Source: Alphaproteobacteria bacterium (GTDB lineage Bacteria; Pseudomonadota; Alphaproteobacteria; CALKHQ01). From it: 64,000 bases of DNA. Each line of letters starts with the position of its first letter. Position 1 is the stretch's first letter. Below are positions 16,139-25,146 of this stretch, in pieces. Both the position numbers and the translations under genes were made by a program. The notes below the pieces were generated by a model that was given only the letters and a program-made list of their open reading frames with translations, was not told the DNA's origin and did not search any database. Location of the stretch: positions 2,432,001-2,496,000 of the forward strand of contig CBDDFZ010000001.1 of the NCBI GenBank assembly GCA_965227515.1, in the 5' to 3' direction.

Positions 16139-16387
16139 ATGAACTGGCTGGGCGCGCTCGTCGTCTATTTTCTGATCTGGTGGCTGGTGCTGTTCACGGT
16201 GCTGCCGTGGGGCGTGAAAACCGGCGGCGGCGAGCAGGTGGAAGGGCAGGCATCGAGCGCGCCACGGCGGCCGATGATGTGGCGAAAATTGCTCGCCACC
16301 ACCCTGATCTCGGCGGTGTTGTTCGCGATTGTCTACTTTGTGATCGAAAGCGACCTGATAAGTTTCCGGCAACAGCCGAGCGGTTAG
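16139..16387 (+). CDS. DUF1467 family small membrane protein
   Basis: YFLIWWLVLFTVLPWGV...SAP..P.MWRK pattern and its usual position after rnj. Confidence 0.85.
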   Translation: MNWLGALVVYFLIWWLVLFTVLPWGVKTGGGEQVEGQASSAPRRPMMWRKLLATTLISAVLFAIVYFVIESDLISFRQQPSG

Positions 16388-16513
16388 ATCAGGATCAGCT
16401 TACGCTGAAGTCTGCGCCAGCCCTCACCCCCACCCGGCCGCCCAACGAAAGTATGCTGCTGGGTGGCCGGGTGGGGGTGAGGGCCGGTACCGACTTAAGT
16501 GATCACGCTCAAG
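16385..16513. repeat. Hairpin MITE family A, copy 1
   Basis: TAGATCAGGATC...GCCCTCACCCCCACCCGGCCGCCCA-loop-TGGGTGGCCGGGTGGGGGTGAGGGC...GATCACGCTCAA; three further copies in the window. Confidence 0.85.
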
Positions 16514-16561
16514 CAGTCGTTACGACACAACGTTTCTTTTCAGGAAATCCTGGGCGCAGAC

Positions 16562-16594
16562 AATAAAAAAGCAAGGTACTGCTGCACCTTGCTT
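16562..16594 (-). terminator. Intrinsic terminator of the minus-strand sRNA
   Basis: Minus strand AAGCAAGGT-GCAGCAGT-ACCTTGCTT running into a U-tract (TTTTTTATT). Confidence 0.8.
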
Positions 16595-16694
16595 GGAGGT
16601 CGATTGTTTTTCTGCTTGCTTGATTTCACGGACGTCGCTGTTTCAGCGACAAGATCCTCCCCAACTCTCGGACCACTGCACCCGCATTTATTGT
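16562..16694 (-). ncRNA. Putative trans-acting sRNA (alpha-r9-like by position)
   Basis: Own sigma70 promoter, AU-rich 5' end, GGGGAGGAU motif, internal hairpin GUCGCUG-AAA-CAGCGAC and an intrinsic terminator; no credible ORF. Confidence 0.65.
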
Positions 16695-16701
16695 GGATGA
16701 A

Positions 16702-16730
16702 TTTATAGCGTCAGTCTGACGCAGTGTCAC
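16702..16730 (-). promoter_or_regulatory. Sigma70-type promoter with palindromic spacer
   Basis: Minus strand GTGACA-N17-TATAAA; the spacer contains the inverted repeat GCGTCAG-A-CTGACGC. Confidence 0.7.
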
Positions 16731-17109
16731 CAACTTTTTTGGGATCGCCGATTTGGCATCCAGCGACGGCCCCGCACCGGTCCGCGCTGTCACGCCGCAC
16801 TTCCGCCATATTGGAAACGATGTTGGGGGCCGATTGGGGCACCGGGTATTCCGGCACTGGGTATCCGGCCTGCGGGCGAGTCCGTGCCCATCGGTTGCGC
16901 GGTGCACATGGGTCTTGCCAGATCGTCGATTGCACCTGGCTTCCGGTCCACCTATGGTCCGCTGCCATCGTGATCGCCGTTGCAATTGCCGGCGCGATTG
17001 CCGTGGCTATTGTCGGCGCGATTTTGGGGCAACGCCGTCCCGCCGCGTTGTCGCGCCAGCCGGCCCAAAAGGTGGGCTGGGCCGGCGCGGTCCAAAACAG
17101 AAGGACAGC

Positions 17110-18351
17110 ATGTTCAATACTTTTGAGCGTATGGTCGCCTTCAGGTATCTGCGCGCCAAGCGTCAGGAAGGCTTCATTTCCGTCATCACGTGGCTGTCGC
17201 TGGTCGGCATCGCGCTGGGCGTGGCCACCCTGATCATCGTGATGTCGGTCATGAACGGCTTCCGCGAGGAACTGGTCGGCAAGCTTCTGGGCCTGAACGG
17301 CCACATCTCGGTCATGTCGTCGTTCGGCCCGCTGGAGCAGTACGACGAGTTTGCCACCACGCTGAACGGCCTGGAGGGCGTCGCGATCGCGATGCCCTCG
17401 GTCGAGGGCAAGGCGATGGTGATGATCAACGATCAGGCCGATGGCGTGATCGTGCGCGGCATCCGGCCCGAGGATTTCGCCAACCGGCCGGTGCTGGGCG
17501 GCAGCATCCAGGCCGGCGCGTTCGAGGACTTCGGGCCGGAAAGCGTGGTGCTGGGCGACCGGCTGGCGCGCCGGCTGGGTGTCCAGGTCGGCGACACCAT
17601 CACCCTGGTCTCGCCGCACTTCAACCAGACGGCGTTCGGCCGGGCGCCGCGCCTGAAGGACTATACGGTCGCCGCCACCTTCAACGTCGGCATGTTCCTG
17701 TACGACGACAACTACGTCTACATGGATCTGGAGGACGCGCGCGTCTTCTTCCGCACCGGCGACGGCGTCACCTTGCTGGAGGTGCTGACCGACGACCCGG
17801 ACACTGTGGATGCGACGCGGCTGGAGATCATGCGTGTCCTGCCGCCGCTGACCCGGATCAACACGTGGAAATCGGTGCAGTCGGGCTTCGTCAGCGCACT
17901 GGAGGTTGAGCGCAACGTGATGTTCCTGATCCTGACGCTGATCATCCTGGTCGCCGCCTTCAACATCATTTCCGGCCTCATCATGCTGGTGAACGACAAG
18001 GGCCGCGGCATCGCCATCCTGCGAACGTTCGGGGCCAGCCGGGGCGCGGTGATGCGCATCTTCTTCCTGGCCGGGTCCAGCATCGGCATCGTCGGCACGC
18101 TGGTCGGGCTGGGGCTTGGGCTGGTGATCTGCGACAACATCGATGCGATCAAGAGCTGGCTGGAACGCCAGACCGGCGGCGAGCTGTTCAGTGCCGAGAT
18201 CTATTTCCTGTCGCAGCTCCCCGCGGTGGTGAACGTCGACCAGGTGCTGTCGGTGGTGCTGATGGCGCTGGGGCTCTCGTTCGTGTTCTCGCTCTACCCG
18301 GCATGGCGCGCGGCCCGGCTTGACCCGGTCGTGGCATTGCGGAACGAGTAG
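17110..18351 (+). CDS. lolC: Lipoprotein-releasing ABC transporter permease LolC/E
   Basis: FERMVAFRYLRAKRQEGFISVI...VMSVMNGF; ends LDPVVALRNE; AAGGA RBS before ATG 17110. Confidence 0.93.
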   Translation: MFNTFERMVAFRYLRAKRQEGFISVITWLSLVGIALGVATLIIVMSVMNGFREELVGKLLGLNGHISVMSSFGPLEQYDEFATTLNGLEGVAIAMPSVEGKAMVMINDQADGVIVRGIRPEDFANRPVLGGSIQAGAFEDFGPESVVLGDRLARRLGVQVGDTITLVSPHFNQTAFGRAPRLKDYTVAATFNVGMFLYDDNYVYMDLEDARVFFRTGDGVTLLEVLTDDPDTVDATRLEIMRVLPPLTRINTWKSVQSGFVSALEVERNVMFLILTLIILVAAFNIISGLIMLVNDKGRGIAILRTFGASRGAVMRIFFLAGSSIGIVGTLVGLGLGLVICDNIDAIKSWLERQTGGELFSAEIYFLSQLPAVVNVDQVLSVVLMALGLSFVFSLYPAWRAARLDPVVALRNE

Positions 18352-18357
18352 CCTGTT

Positions 18358-19089
18358 ATGAACGAAATCAGCCAAACCGCGCGTCCCGAGACGGGCGTCT
18401 CCACTGACGCCGGGGCGCCGCCGCTGCAGCTCGACGACGTGCGCCGCACCTTCAAGCAGGGCGAGAGCCGGCTGGAGGTATTGCAGGGCGTCGACCTGAC
18501 CCTCCACAAGGGCGAGATCGTCGCCCTGATCGGCCCGTCGGGGTCGGGCAAGTCGACATTGTTACAGATCGCCGGGCTGTTGGAGAAGCCGACATCGGGC
18601 GACGTGTTGGTCGCCGGCAAGTCATGCGGCAAGCTCTCCAGCCACCAGCGCACGCTGACCCGACGCCATGCGCTGGGCTTCGTCTACCAGTACCACCACC
18701 TGCTGCCGGAATTCACCGCGCAGGAGAATGTGGTGCTGCCACAGATGATCGCCGGTACCTCACGCGCCCAGGCGATGGCCCGCGCGGCGGATCTGTTGGG
18801 CCAGGTCGGCCTGGGCGAACGCCTGCGTCACCGCCCGGCGAAGCTTTCCGGCGGCGAGCAGCAGCGGGTGGCGATCGCGCGCGCCATCGCCGCGGAGCCG
18901 AAGATCCTGCTGGCGGACGAGCCGACCGGCAATCTGGACCCGCACACCGCCGACGACGTGTTCGGGCTGCTGATGAACCTGGCCCGCGAGACCGGGCTGG
19001 CGGCGCTGGTCGCGACCCACAATCCGGAACTGGCCGCGCGCATGGACCGGATCGTCAAGCTGGAAGGCGGCCGCCTGCACCCGGCCTAG
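18358..19089 (+). CDS. lolD: Lipoprotein-releasing ABC transporter ATPase
   Basis: [25 protein letters not shown]; follows lolC/E. Confidence 0.93.
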   Translation: MNEISQTARPETGVSTDAGAPPLQLDDVRRTFKQGESRLEVLQGVDLTLHKGEIVALIGPSGSGKSTLLQIAGLLEKPTSGDVLVAGKSCGKLSSHQRTLTRRHALGFVYQYHHLLPEFTAQENVVLPQMIAGTSRAQAMARAADLLGQVGLGERLRHRPAKLSGGEQQRVAIARAIAAEPKILLADEPTGNLDPHTADDVFGLLMNLARETGLAALVATHNPELAARMDRIVKLEGGRLHPA

Positions 19090-19100
19090 GCGGCTCTTCC

Positions 19101-20033
19101 CTACGCCCGCGCGCGCCGTTTGCGCGTCACCAGGGCCACGCCGGCCAGCACCACCACCATGCCGACGATCTGGTAGGTCTCCAGCGGTTCGTCCAGGAAC
19201 GCGACCGCGAGCGCGGTGGTGAACACCGGCAGCAGGTTCATGAAGATGCCGGCGCGGTTGGCGCCGATGGCTGCGTTGGCCGCGTTCCAGAACGCGTACG
19301 CCAGCACGGAGGCGACGCCGCCCATGTACGCGATCACGCCCGCCAGCTCCCAGGTGAGCGTGAAGTCGCCGACGTACGTACGCTCGATCAGGTAGCCGAT
19401 CAGCAACGGCACCACGCCGATTGCGGTGATGCATTGCAGGAAGGCGATGGGCGACAGCCCGGCCGGGCGCAGGCGCAGGAACGCGGTGTACGACGCATAG
19501 ATGATGACCGCTCCGACCATCCACAGGTCGCCCGGCACGAACTCCAGCGCCAGCAGGCGCTCCGGCGTGCCCTGCACGGCCAACCACAACACGCCCAGCA
19601 ATGACACCGCGACGCCAATGCCCTGGCGCATGGTCAGCTTGTCGCCGAACACGGCCCACGAGATCAGCACGATCACCAGCGGCATCGACACGTTGATGAC
19701 CGACACGTTGATCGCCGTCGTGGTGTGAAACGCGAAGTAGGTCATGGTGTTGAAGAACGGCACGCCCAGCATGCCCAGCAGCAGCACCGCCGGCCAATGC
19801 GCGCGGATCAGCGGCCAGTCGCGGCGTACGCGTGGAATGCCCAGCGGCAGCAGCACGGCGAACGCGATCAGCCAGCGCCAGAAGGCGAGGGCGAACGGCG
19901 CGATCTGGTCGTTGACGCCGCGCCCCATGGTCAGATTGCCGGACCAGAACAGCACCGTCAGCGTGGCCAGCACGAACGGCAGCACGGAGGAATGGGCCGG
20001 CCGGTCGGCCGTGGCATGCGTCGAATGTGTCAT
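19101..20033 (-). CDS. DMT/EamA family transporter
   Basis: About ten hydrophobic segments in two EamA-like repeats (FWSGN, AFWRW). Confidence 0.88.
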   Translation of the reverse strand: MTHSTHATADRPAHSSVLPFVLATLTVLFWSGNLTMGRGVNDQIAPFALAFWRWLIAFAVLLPLGIPRVRRDWPLIRAHWPAVLLLGMLGVPFFNTMTYFAFHTTTAINVSVINVSMPLVIVLISWAVFGDKLTMRQGIGVAVSLLGVLWLAVQGTPERLLALEFVPGDLWMVGAVIIYASYTAFLRLRPAGLSPIAFLQCITAIGVVPLLIGYLIERTYVGDFTLTWELAGVIAYMGGVASVLAYAFWNAANAAIGANRAGIFMNLLPVFTTALAVAFLDEPLETYQIVGMVVVLAGVALVTRKRRARA

Positions 20034-20052
20034 GGGTCTGGGCGCGCGACCG

Positions 20053-20823
20053 CTACTCGGTCAGTTCGACCCACACCGGCGTGTGGTCCGACGCCTTCTG
20101 CTTGCCGCGCGGCTTGCGGTCGATCTCGCAGGCGTGCAGCCGGTCGGCGGCCTGGGGCGACAGCAGCAGGTGGTCGATGCGAAGGCCATCGTCCTTCTGC
20201 CAGCGCCCGGCCTGATAGTCCCAATAGCTGTACTGGTGGACCTGGGTGTGGGTCGCGCGCCACGCCTCGGTGTAGCCCAGGTTCAGGATCGCCCGGAACC
20301 GGGTGCGCGATTCCGGCCGGCACAGCGCATCGTCGGCGAAGCCTTCCGGGTCATAGACGTCATCGTCGGTGGGGCAGATGTTGTAGTCGCCGCCCAGCAC
20401 GATGGCCTGCTCGGTCTGCAACAGGCCGCGGGCATGCTCGCCCAGCCGCTCCATCCATTTCAGCTTGTAGGGGTATTTCGGCGTATCGGTCGGGTTGCCG
20501 TTGGGCAGGTAGATGCTGGCGACCCGCACACCCTTGATCGTCGCCTCCAGGTAGCGCGCCTGCTCGTCGTCGGGGTCGCCGGGCAGGCCCTCGCGCACGT
20601 CCTCGATCTCATGGCGCGACAGGATGGCAACGCCGTTGTAGCTCTTCTGGCCCAGGATCGCGGTCTTGTAGCCGGCACCCTCGATCGCCTCGTGGGGGAA
20701 TTTGTCGGCCTCGGTCTTGATCTCTTGCAGCAGGGCGACGTCGGGCTTGGCCTCGTCCAGCCATGCCACGATGTTGTCGAGCCGGGCCTTGATCGAATTG
20801 ACGTTGAAGGTCGCGATTTTCAT
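20053..20823 (-). CDS. xth: Exodeoxyribonuclease III
   Basis: MKIATFNVNS, LQEIK, GQKSYNGVA, GDYN, RIDH, SDHTPV. Confidence 0.96.
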   Translation of the reverse strand: MKIATFNVNSIKARLDNIVAWLDEAKPDVALLQEIKTEADKFPHEAIEGAGYKTAILGQKSYNGVAILSRHEIEDVREGLPGDPDDEQARYLEATIKGVRVASIYLPNGNPTDTPKYPYKLKWMERLGEHARGLLQTEQAIVLGGDYNICPTDDDVYDPEGFADDALCRPESRTRFRAILNLGYTEAWRATHTQVHQYSYWDYQAGRWQKDDGLRIDHLLLSPQAADRLHACEIDRKPRGKQKASDHTPVWVELTE

Positions 20824-20875
20824 CGCTCGGTTCTACACCGGCCATGACGGCAGGGATAGGGCCAGAGCCCACTGT

Positions 20876-22075
20876 TCAATATGCCTGCGACAGCCGGTCC
20901 TTCACGCACTGCTGGAGGGGCAGGCGTTGCAGCGCGTTACGGTCGGCCTGGTCGCGCCCCAGATGGTCCACCGCCGCGCTGTCCAGCGTCATCAGTGCGC
21001 GCGGCGTGGCGAGCCAAATGTACCGTGGCACGATCGTTTGCAGTGGGCCGGGCGTCCAGCGGGCCAGCCCGTCGCGGCCGCCGACCAGCCCATATACCTC
21101 ACGAGCGCAGGCGGTGGTGTCGGCGTTCCAGCAGGCGGCGTCGCACCAGCTGCGGACCAGGACGGCATCGGGCGTTTCAGCCAGCCAGGCGTCCAGGAAC
21201 GCCACGGCGTCCGCGGGCATCGGGTCGGAATCGGCACTGAAGCCGGGCCCGTCGACCACATGGCGCGCCATGGCCAGCACCTCGTCCGGCAGGCTGGCCA
21301 GTGGTGGTGCGACGTGAATCGGCGGCGGCACGGTCCAGCTCGAGATGTGGATCAGCCAATAGCCGTCCATGGTGCCGTCGGCGATGGCCTGCAAGGCCTC
21401 GGCCTTCAGCGCCTCGGCCTCTCCCGCCGGCAACTCCACCGCGGCTGCCCAGAGGTAGGGCGTTGAACGGGCGTCGCGGGCAACGGCTTCCAGCTTCAGG
21501 ACATCGTGCCAGCGCGACACCGACAGCAGGCTGATCAGGTAGTCGACCGCCAGTTCGCTCTCGCCCAATGCCGCCAGTTCCAGGCCGTGCTCGAACTGCA
21601 GGAAACCGCGATCGTCGGGCAGCCACGCGCCAAGCAGGAACGCCATGCGGTCGCCCGCGCTTGCTGCGACCTGCAACCACGGCGTGCCGTACGCCGTATC
21701 CATGCGGCGGAAGATGCGGTCGCGCTGGTCGGCGGACAGGGCGGCGACCCATGGCGAGGTCGCCATGCCGCGCTCGTGGATGGCACCGAGGAAGATCTGA
21801 GCGGCCCGGTTGTCCGCGTTGGCCAGGTCGGCGAGGGTCGGCAACGACAGTGTGTCGTCGCCTTCCAACCATCGGAAGACCGCGTCCAGGAACACCGGGT
21901 CGTCACCGCCTGGATAGGGTGGCGGTGGCCGGTCGAAGAATCGGGCCTGCCACACCTCGAGGTCGGCGGCGCGGGCTGGGCCAGCAGGCGATATCAGGGT
22001 GAGCGATACCAGAATGGCGGCGCAGGCAAGAAGCGCCAATGCGGGCTTGCGCAACCAACGCGTTCCAGGACGCAT
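20876..22075 (-). CDS. Secreted Sel1-like alpha-helical protein, paralog 1
   Basis: Signal peptide ending ARA-A; PPPYPGGDDPVF..WLEGDD..LADLA..NRAAQIFLG; WCxxxC...C; clearly similar to 22513-23676. Start uncertain (ORF extends to 22108). Confidence 0.75.
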   Translation of the reverse strand: MRPGTRWLRKPALALLACAAILVSLTLISPAGPARAADLEVWQARFFDRPPPPYPGGDDPVFLDAVFRWLEGDDTLSLPTLADLANADNRAAQIFLGAIHERGMATSPWVAALSADQRDRIFRRMDTAYGTPWLQVAASAGDRMAFLLGAWLPDDRGFLQFEHGLELAALGESELAVDYLISLLSVSRWHDVLKLEAVARDARSTPYLWAAAVELPAGEAEALKAEALQAIADGTMDGYWLIHISSWTVPPPIHVAPPLASLPDEVLAMARHVVDGPGFSADSDPMPADAVAFLDAWLAETPDAVLVRSWCDAACWNADTTACAREVYGLVGGRDGLARWTPGPLQTIVPRYIWLATPRALMTLDSAAVDHLGRDQADRNALQRLPLQQCVKDRLSQAY

Positions 22076-22101
22076 CCCTACACGGGGCGTGTCGCCAATG
22101 G

Positions 22102-22302
22102 CTAGCACCAGCCCTTCATGTGATGGCCGGGCGGGCAGTGGCCGTTGCGGCCGCCGTGGTTGTCCTCGCCGATGGTCAGGGTCACGTCGTCGGTTTCGGC
22201 GGTCACTCTCGGTACGCCGTCAACCCGCGCCTGGCACGCGCCTAGCAACAACACGATGCCACTCGCCGCAATCGCGGTTCTCAACAGGTGGGCTCTCAAC
22301 AT
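22102..22302 (-). CDS. Small lipoprotein with C-terminal CPPGHHMKGWC motif
   Basis: Lipobox LLGAC; the tail resembles the CPPG(Q/L)AKKG.C motif of small alphaproteobacterial proteins. Confidence 0.7.
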   Translation of the reverse strand: MLRAHLLRTAIAASGIVLLLGACQARVDGVPRVTAETDDVTLTIGEDNHGGRNGHCPPGHHMKGWC

Positions 22303-22388
22303 TGGGGGGTAACCTCGCTCTGCACATCGTCCTCCGACATGGAGGCTACCGCTTGAATTAAGGCAGCAATGTGTCGGGGTCGGGCGAC

Positions 22389-22516
22389 CTAGACCGGGAT
22401 CAGCTTACGCTGAAGCGGCGCCAGCCCTCTCCCCCACCCGGCCACCCAGCAGGATACTCACGTGGGTGGCCGGGTGGGGGAGAGGGCCGGTGCCGACTTG
22501 AATGATCAGGTTCTAG
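22389..22516. repeat. Hairpin MITE family A, copy 2
   Basis: CTAGACCGGGATC...hairpin...GATCAGGTTCTAG; the right-hand CTA is the stop codon of the minus-strand gene. Confidence 0.85.
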
Positions 22517-23676
22517 AGAGCTTGTAACACTCGGTCGACAACGCAGGCCTCCAGCGTCATCGCGCGCAGCGCGGCCTCGGGGTTCTCGCGGTCCTGTCCA
22601 ATGGCCAGGCCAGCAGCGCGAGCGGACACCACAATCTGCGCCCGTGGCGTCTGCACCCAGATCTCCTGGGGGATGATCGTCTCCATCGGTGTATCGACCA
22701 TATAGGGCAACGATGCGCGACCGAATGCCAATCCATAGAGGTTGCGGGCGCAGGCGGCCTGGGTGTCCGGACAGGCTTCCTCGCACCAGGCTCGCGGCAG
22801 GGCTGCCACGTCGTCGGTGGCAAGCCAATTGTCCAGGAAGGCTATCGCCTCGGCCGACATGGGCGCGTCCGCGCCCATCACGCCCGGTCCCGTGGTCACG
22901 GCGCGGGCGAAGTCGCCTTTCAGCTCGAAGAGAGGCTCGATTTGAGGATGCTCGAAGTTCGCCCAGCGCAGGAAGAGATAGCCGTCCATGGTGTCGTCGG
23001 CCAGCGCCCGCAGGCCTTCAAGCAGCAACTCTTCGGCGTTGTCTGCGTCCGGGGCGTGGGTCGCGGCGGCCCACACCAACGGCATCTGACCGGCGGCGCG
23101 GGCCGGCTCGACCAGGCGGGTCACCTCCGCCCAGTCGCCCTGGTTGAACATGATGCTGATCCACATTTTGGCTGCCCGTGGCTCGCCGAGCGCCATCAGC
23201 TCAAGCGCCGGCTCCTCCGAGAACCTGCCATCCTCGTTCGGCGTGGCGTTGTTCAGCAGAGGTGCCAGCGGTTCGCCGTTATCCCCGGCATAACGCAGCC
23301 ATGGGGTGCCGAAACGCGAGTCCGGCTGGCGGAAGATGGCGTTGTATGCGTCGCGGTCCAATGACCTGACCCACGGAGTCTGGGCGATCCCGCGTGCCTC
23401 GATGGTGCCGAGGAGGAGCTGGGCCCCGACATTGCCGCCGTTGGCGATGCTGGCGAGTGCGGGCAGGGCGTTCTCGTCGTCGCCTTCCAGCCACATCAGC
23501 ACGACCTCGCGGAAGGCGGGGTCCTCACCGCCGGCATAGGGCGGTGCGGGCAGTGCCGCAAAGTCGTCCGCCCAGTCCTTGCCGTCGAAAAAGCCGGCGG
23601 TCGAGACTGCTACAGGCGTGACAACGCCGGCCGCCACGACCGTCGCGAACCCGAACGCACAGAACATCTTGCGCAT
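22513..23676 (-). CDS. Secreted Sel1-like alpha-helical protein, paralog 2
   Basis: GGGGA RBS before MRKMFCAFG; signal peptide; PAPPYAGGEDPAF..WLEGDD; WCEEACPDTQAAC. Confidence 0.75.
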   Translation of the reverse strand: MRKMFCAFGFATVVAAGVVTPVAVSTAGFFDGKDWADDFAALPAPPYAGGEDPAFREVVLMWLEGDDENALPALASIANGGNVGAQLLLGTIEARGIAQTPWVRSLDRDAYNAIFRQPDSRFGTPWLRYAGDNGEPLAPLLNNATPNEDGRFSEEPALELMALGEPRAAKMWISIMFNQGDWAEVTRLVEPARAAGQMPLVWAAATHAPDADNAEELLLEGLRALADDTMDGYLFLRWANFEHPQIEPLFELKGDFARAVTTGPGVMGADAPMSAEAIAFLDNWLATDDVAALPRAWCEEACPDTQAACARNLYGLAFGRASLPYMVDTPMETIIPQEIWVQTPRAQIVVSARAAGLAIGQDRENPEAALRAMTLEACVVDRVLQAL

Positions 23677-23819
23677 GCCATCCCCCCAAGCAGATTGCCG
23701 CCAATCATGCTGGGGCGTGGCGGGTGGCGCAAGGTTGGCAGGTGTGGGGAGGGGGGACCGAGGCAGGCCATCCTGGCCCGCCCGAGATCGTTGCGGCAAG
23801 TGCCGCCAAGCCAATGAGC

Positions 23820-23987
23820 CTAGGAGCAATGGCCCGCCAGCGGATTGCACAGGCAGCCCGTCAGCGTGGCCGCCGTCAGGACGGTGACCAGAACCACCAG
23901 GGTCGCAGCCCCGATCCTGTTCCGTGCCAGGAATCCGCTCTTGGTCGTCTCGTCAGTCTCATTGGTCGTCAGTTCGTCGTTGGTCAT
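23820..23987 (-). CDS. 55-aa lipoprotein precursor, predicted mature peptide CLCNPLAGHCS
   Basis: GGAGG RBS before ATG; acidic N-terminus, basic patch, hydrophobic stretch, lipobox LTGC. Confidence 0.6.
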   Translation of the reverse strand: MTNDELTTNETDETTKSGFLARNRIGAATLVVLVTVLTAATLTGCLCNPLAGHCS

Positions 23988-24349
23988 CGACTTGCCTCCG
24001 TTCAGCAAGTTGCCGAGCACCGAATTGCACGCTCTGCCAAGCCGGTGCGAAGCGCCGCCCCGGCGTGACATGCTCGGCAAGCAGTTACTTTGGATGGCAA
24101 GGCCATGGCCTTTTGGCCGGCCACGTGCCGCCGCTCGAAAACCGCCGATCCCCTTGCTGCCATAGGTGGCGTGGAAAGGTGGGGGAATCTTGCGGGCCGC
24201 GCGGCGAGGCGGGGCATTGTCGGGGCGATTTGGTGATGGGGTATCGCGCGCCGTGGCCGTTGAGGGGTCAGAAGGTGGCGCGCCGCCGGTTCACGTGAAA
24301 CAATCGTTCCGACGGCCCACGTCTGGTTGCATGGATTGGCGGTGCGGAC

Positions 24350-24868
24350 ATGCGGATTGCGGTATGCGGACTTGTTCTTGCGCTGATGAGCGCCTGCACG
24401 GCGGAGAGCGTTCTGCTCTCGGAGAGCGAACAGGCCGCGCCTGACGATACAGCGGTGCCTGACTATCAAGACGACCCCAGGCTGCAGCACCTGACGCCTG
24501 AGAAACGCGAGGAGTGCGGTTACGGGCTCTATGTTGTGGTCGACACGTACGTGTTCTTGTTTGATCTCGGTTTAGCCGAACTGACGCATGCTACGGGACA
24601 GGCCATTCATTTGTATTATTGTCACTTCATCATTCAACCGGAATCGAAGGTGCGTCTCGTAGGGCATTCGGACTCCGTTGGATCAGAACGGTCGAACATG
24701 ATCCTCAGTCAGCGCCGGGCGGAAGCAGTTCGCGACCGCATGATCGAATTGGGCATGCCGCCCGAGATCTTTAGGATTGAGGCGCGTGGCGAGAGCGACC
24801 TCGCCGTGCCGACTGGGGAGGGGGTCAGGAACCAAGCCAATCGCCGCGTTGTATTGAGTAACTGGTGA
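24350..24868 (+). CDS. OmpA-family (peptidoglycan-binding) lipoprotein
   Basis: Lipobox MSAC; GHSDSVGS...NMILSQRRAEAV...ARGE...NRRV OmpA C-terminal motif. Confidence 0.85.
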   Translation: MRIAVCGLVLALMSACTAESVLLSESEQAAPDDTAVPDYQDDPRLQHLTPEKREECGYGLYVVVDTYVFLFDLGLAELTHATGQAIHLYYCHFIIQPESKVRLVGHSDSVGSERSNMILSQRRAEAVRDRMIELGMPPEIFRIEARGESDLAVPTGEGVRNQANRRVVLSNW

Positions 24869-24989
24869 GTTTTGAACCGCTCTCAGCACATGACGATTCA
24901 ACGAACCAGTCCAACCGGCGCGTGGTTGTGTTGTTCGATTAGGGTGTCGGGCATCAAGGCTGAATCAGGAAGATTATCCAGCCTGTCTT

Positions 24990-25093
24990 CGTCATTGCGA
25001 GGAGCGCCCGTACGGGCGCGACGCGGCAATCCAGAGCAAACTCTGACAGGTCACGATAGTCGCCTGGATTGCTTCGCTTCGCTCGCAATGACG
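24990..25093. repeat. CGTC-type REP doublet (GTCATTGCGAG family), copy 1
   Basis: CGTCATTGCGAGGAGCG...GCAATCCAG / CTGGATTGCTTCGCTTCGCTCGCAATGACG inverted pair. Confidence 0.85.
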
Positions 25094-25146
25094 ACTAGAC
25101 GATTTGACCAACCGGTGCTGGTACTCCGTCCGATCCCTAGAGCCCG

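Noticed and set aside
16753-17109. Extended N-terminus of LolC/E, or a proS remnant
   Set aside because: No ProS motifs in the listed ORFs; LolC/E homology and the RBS begin at 17110
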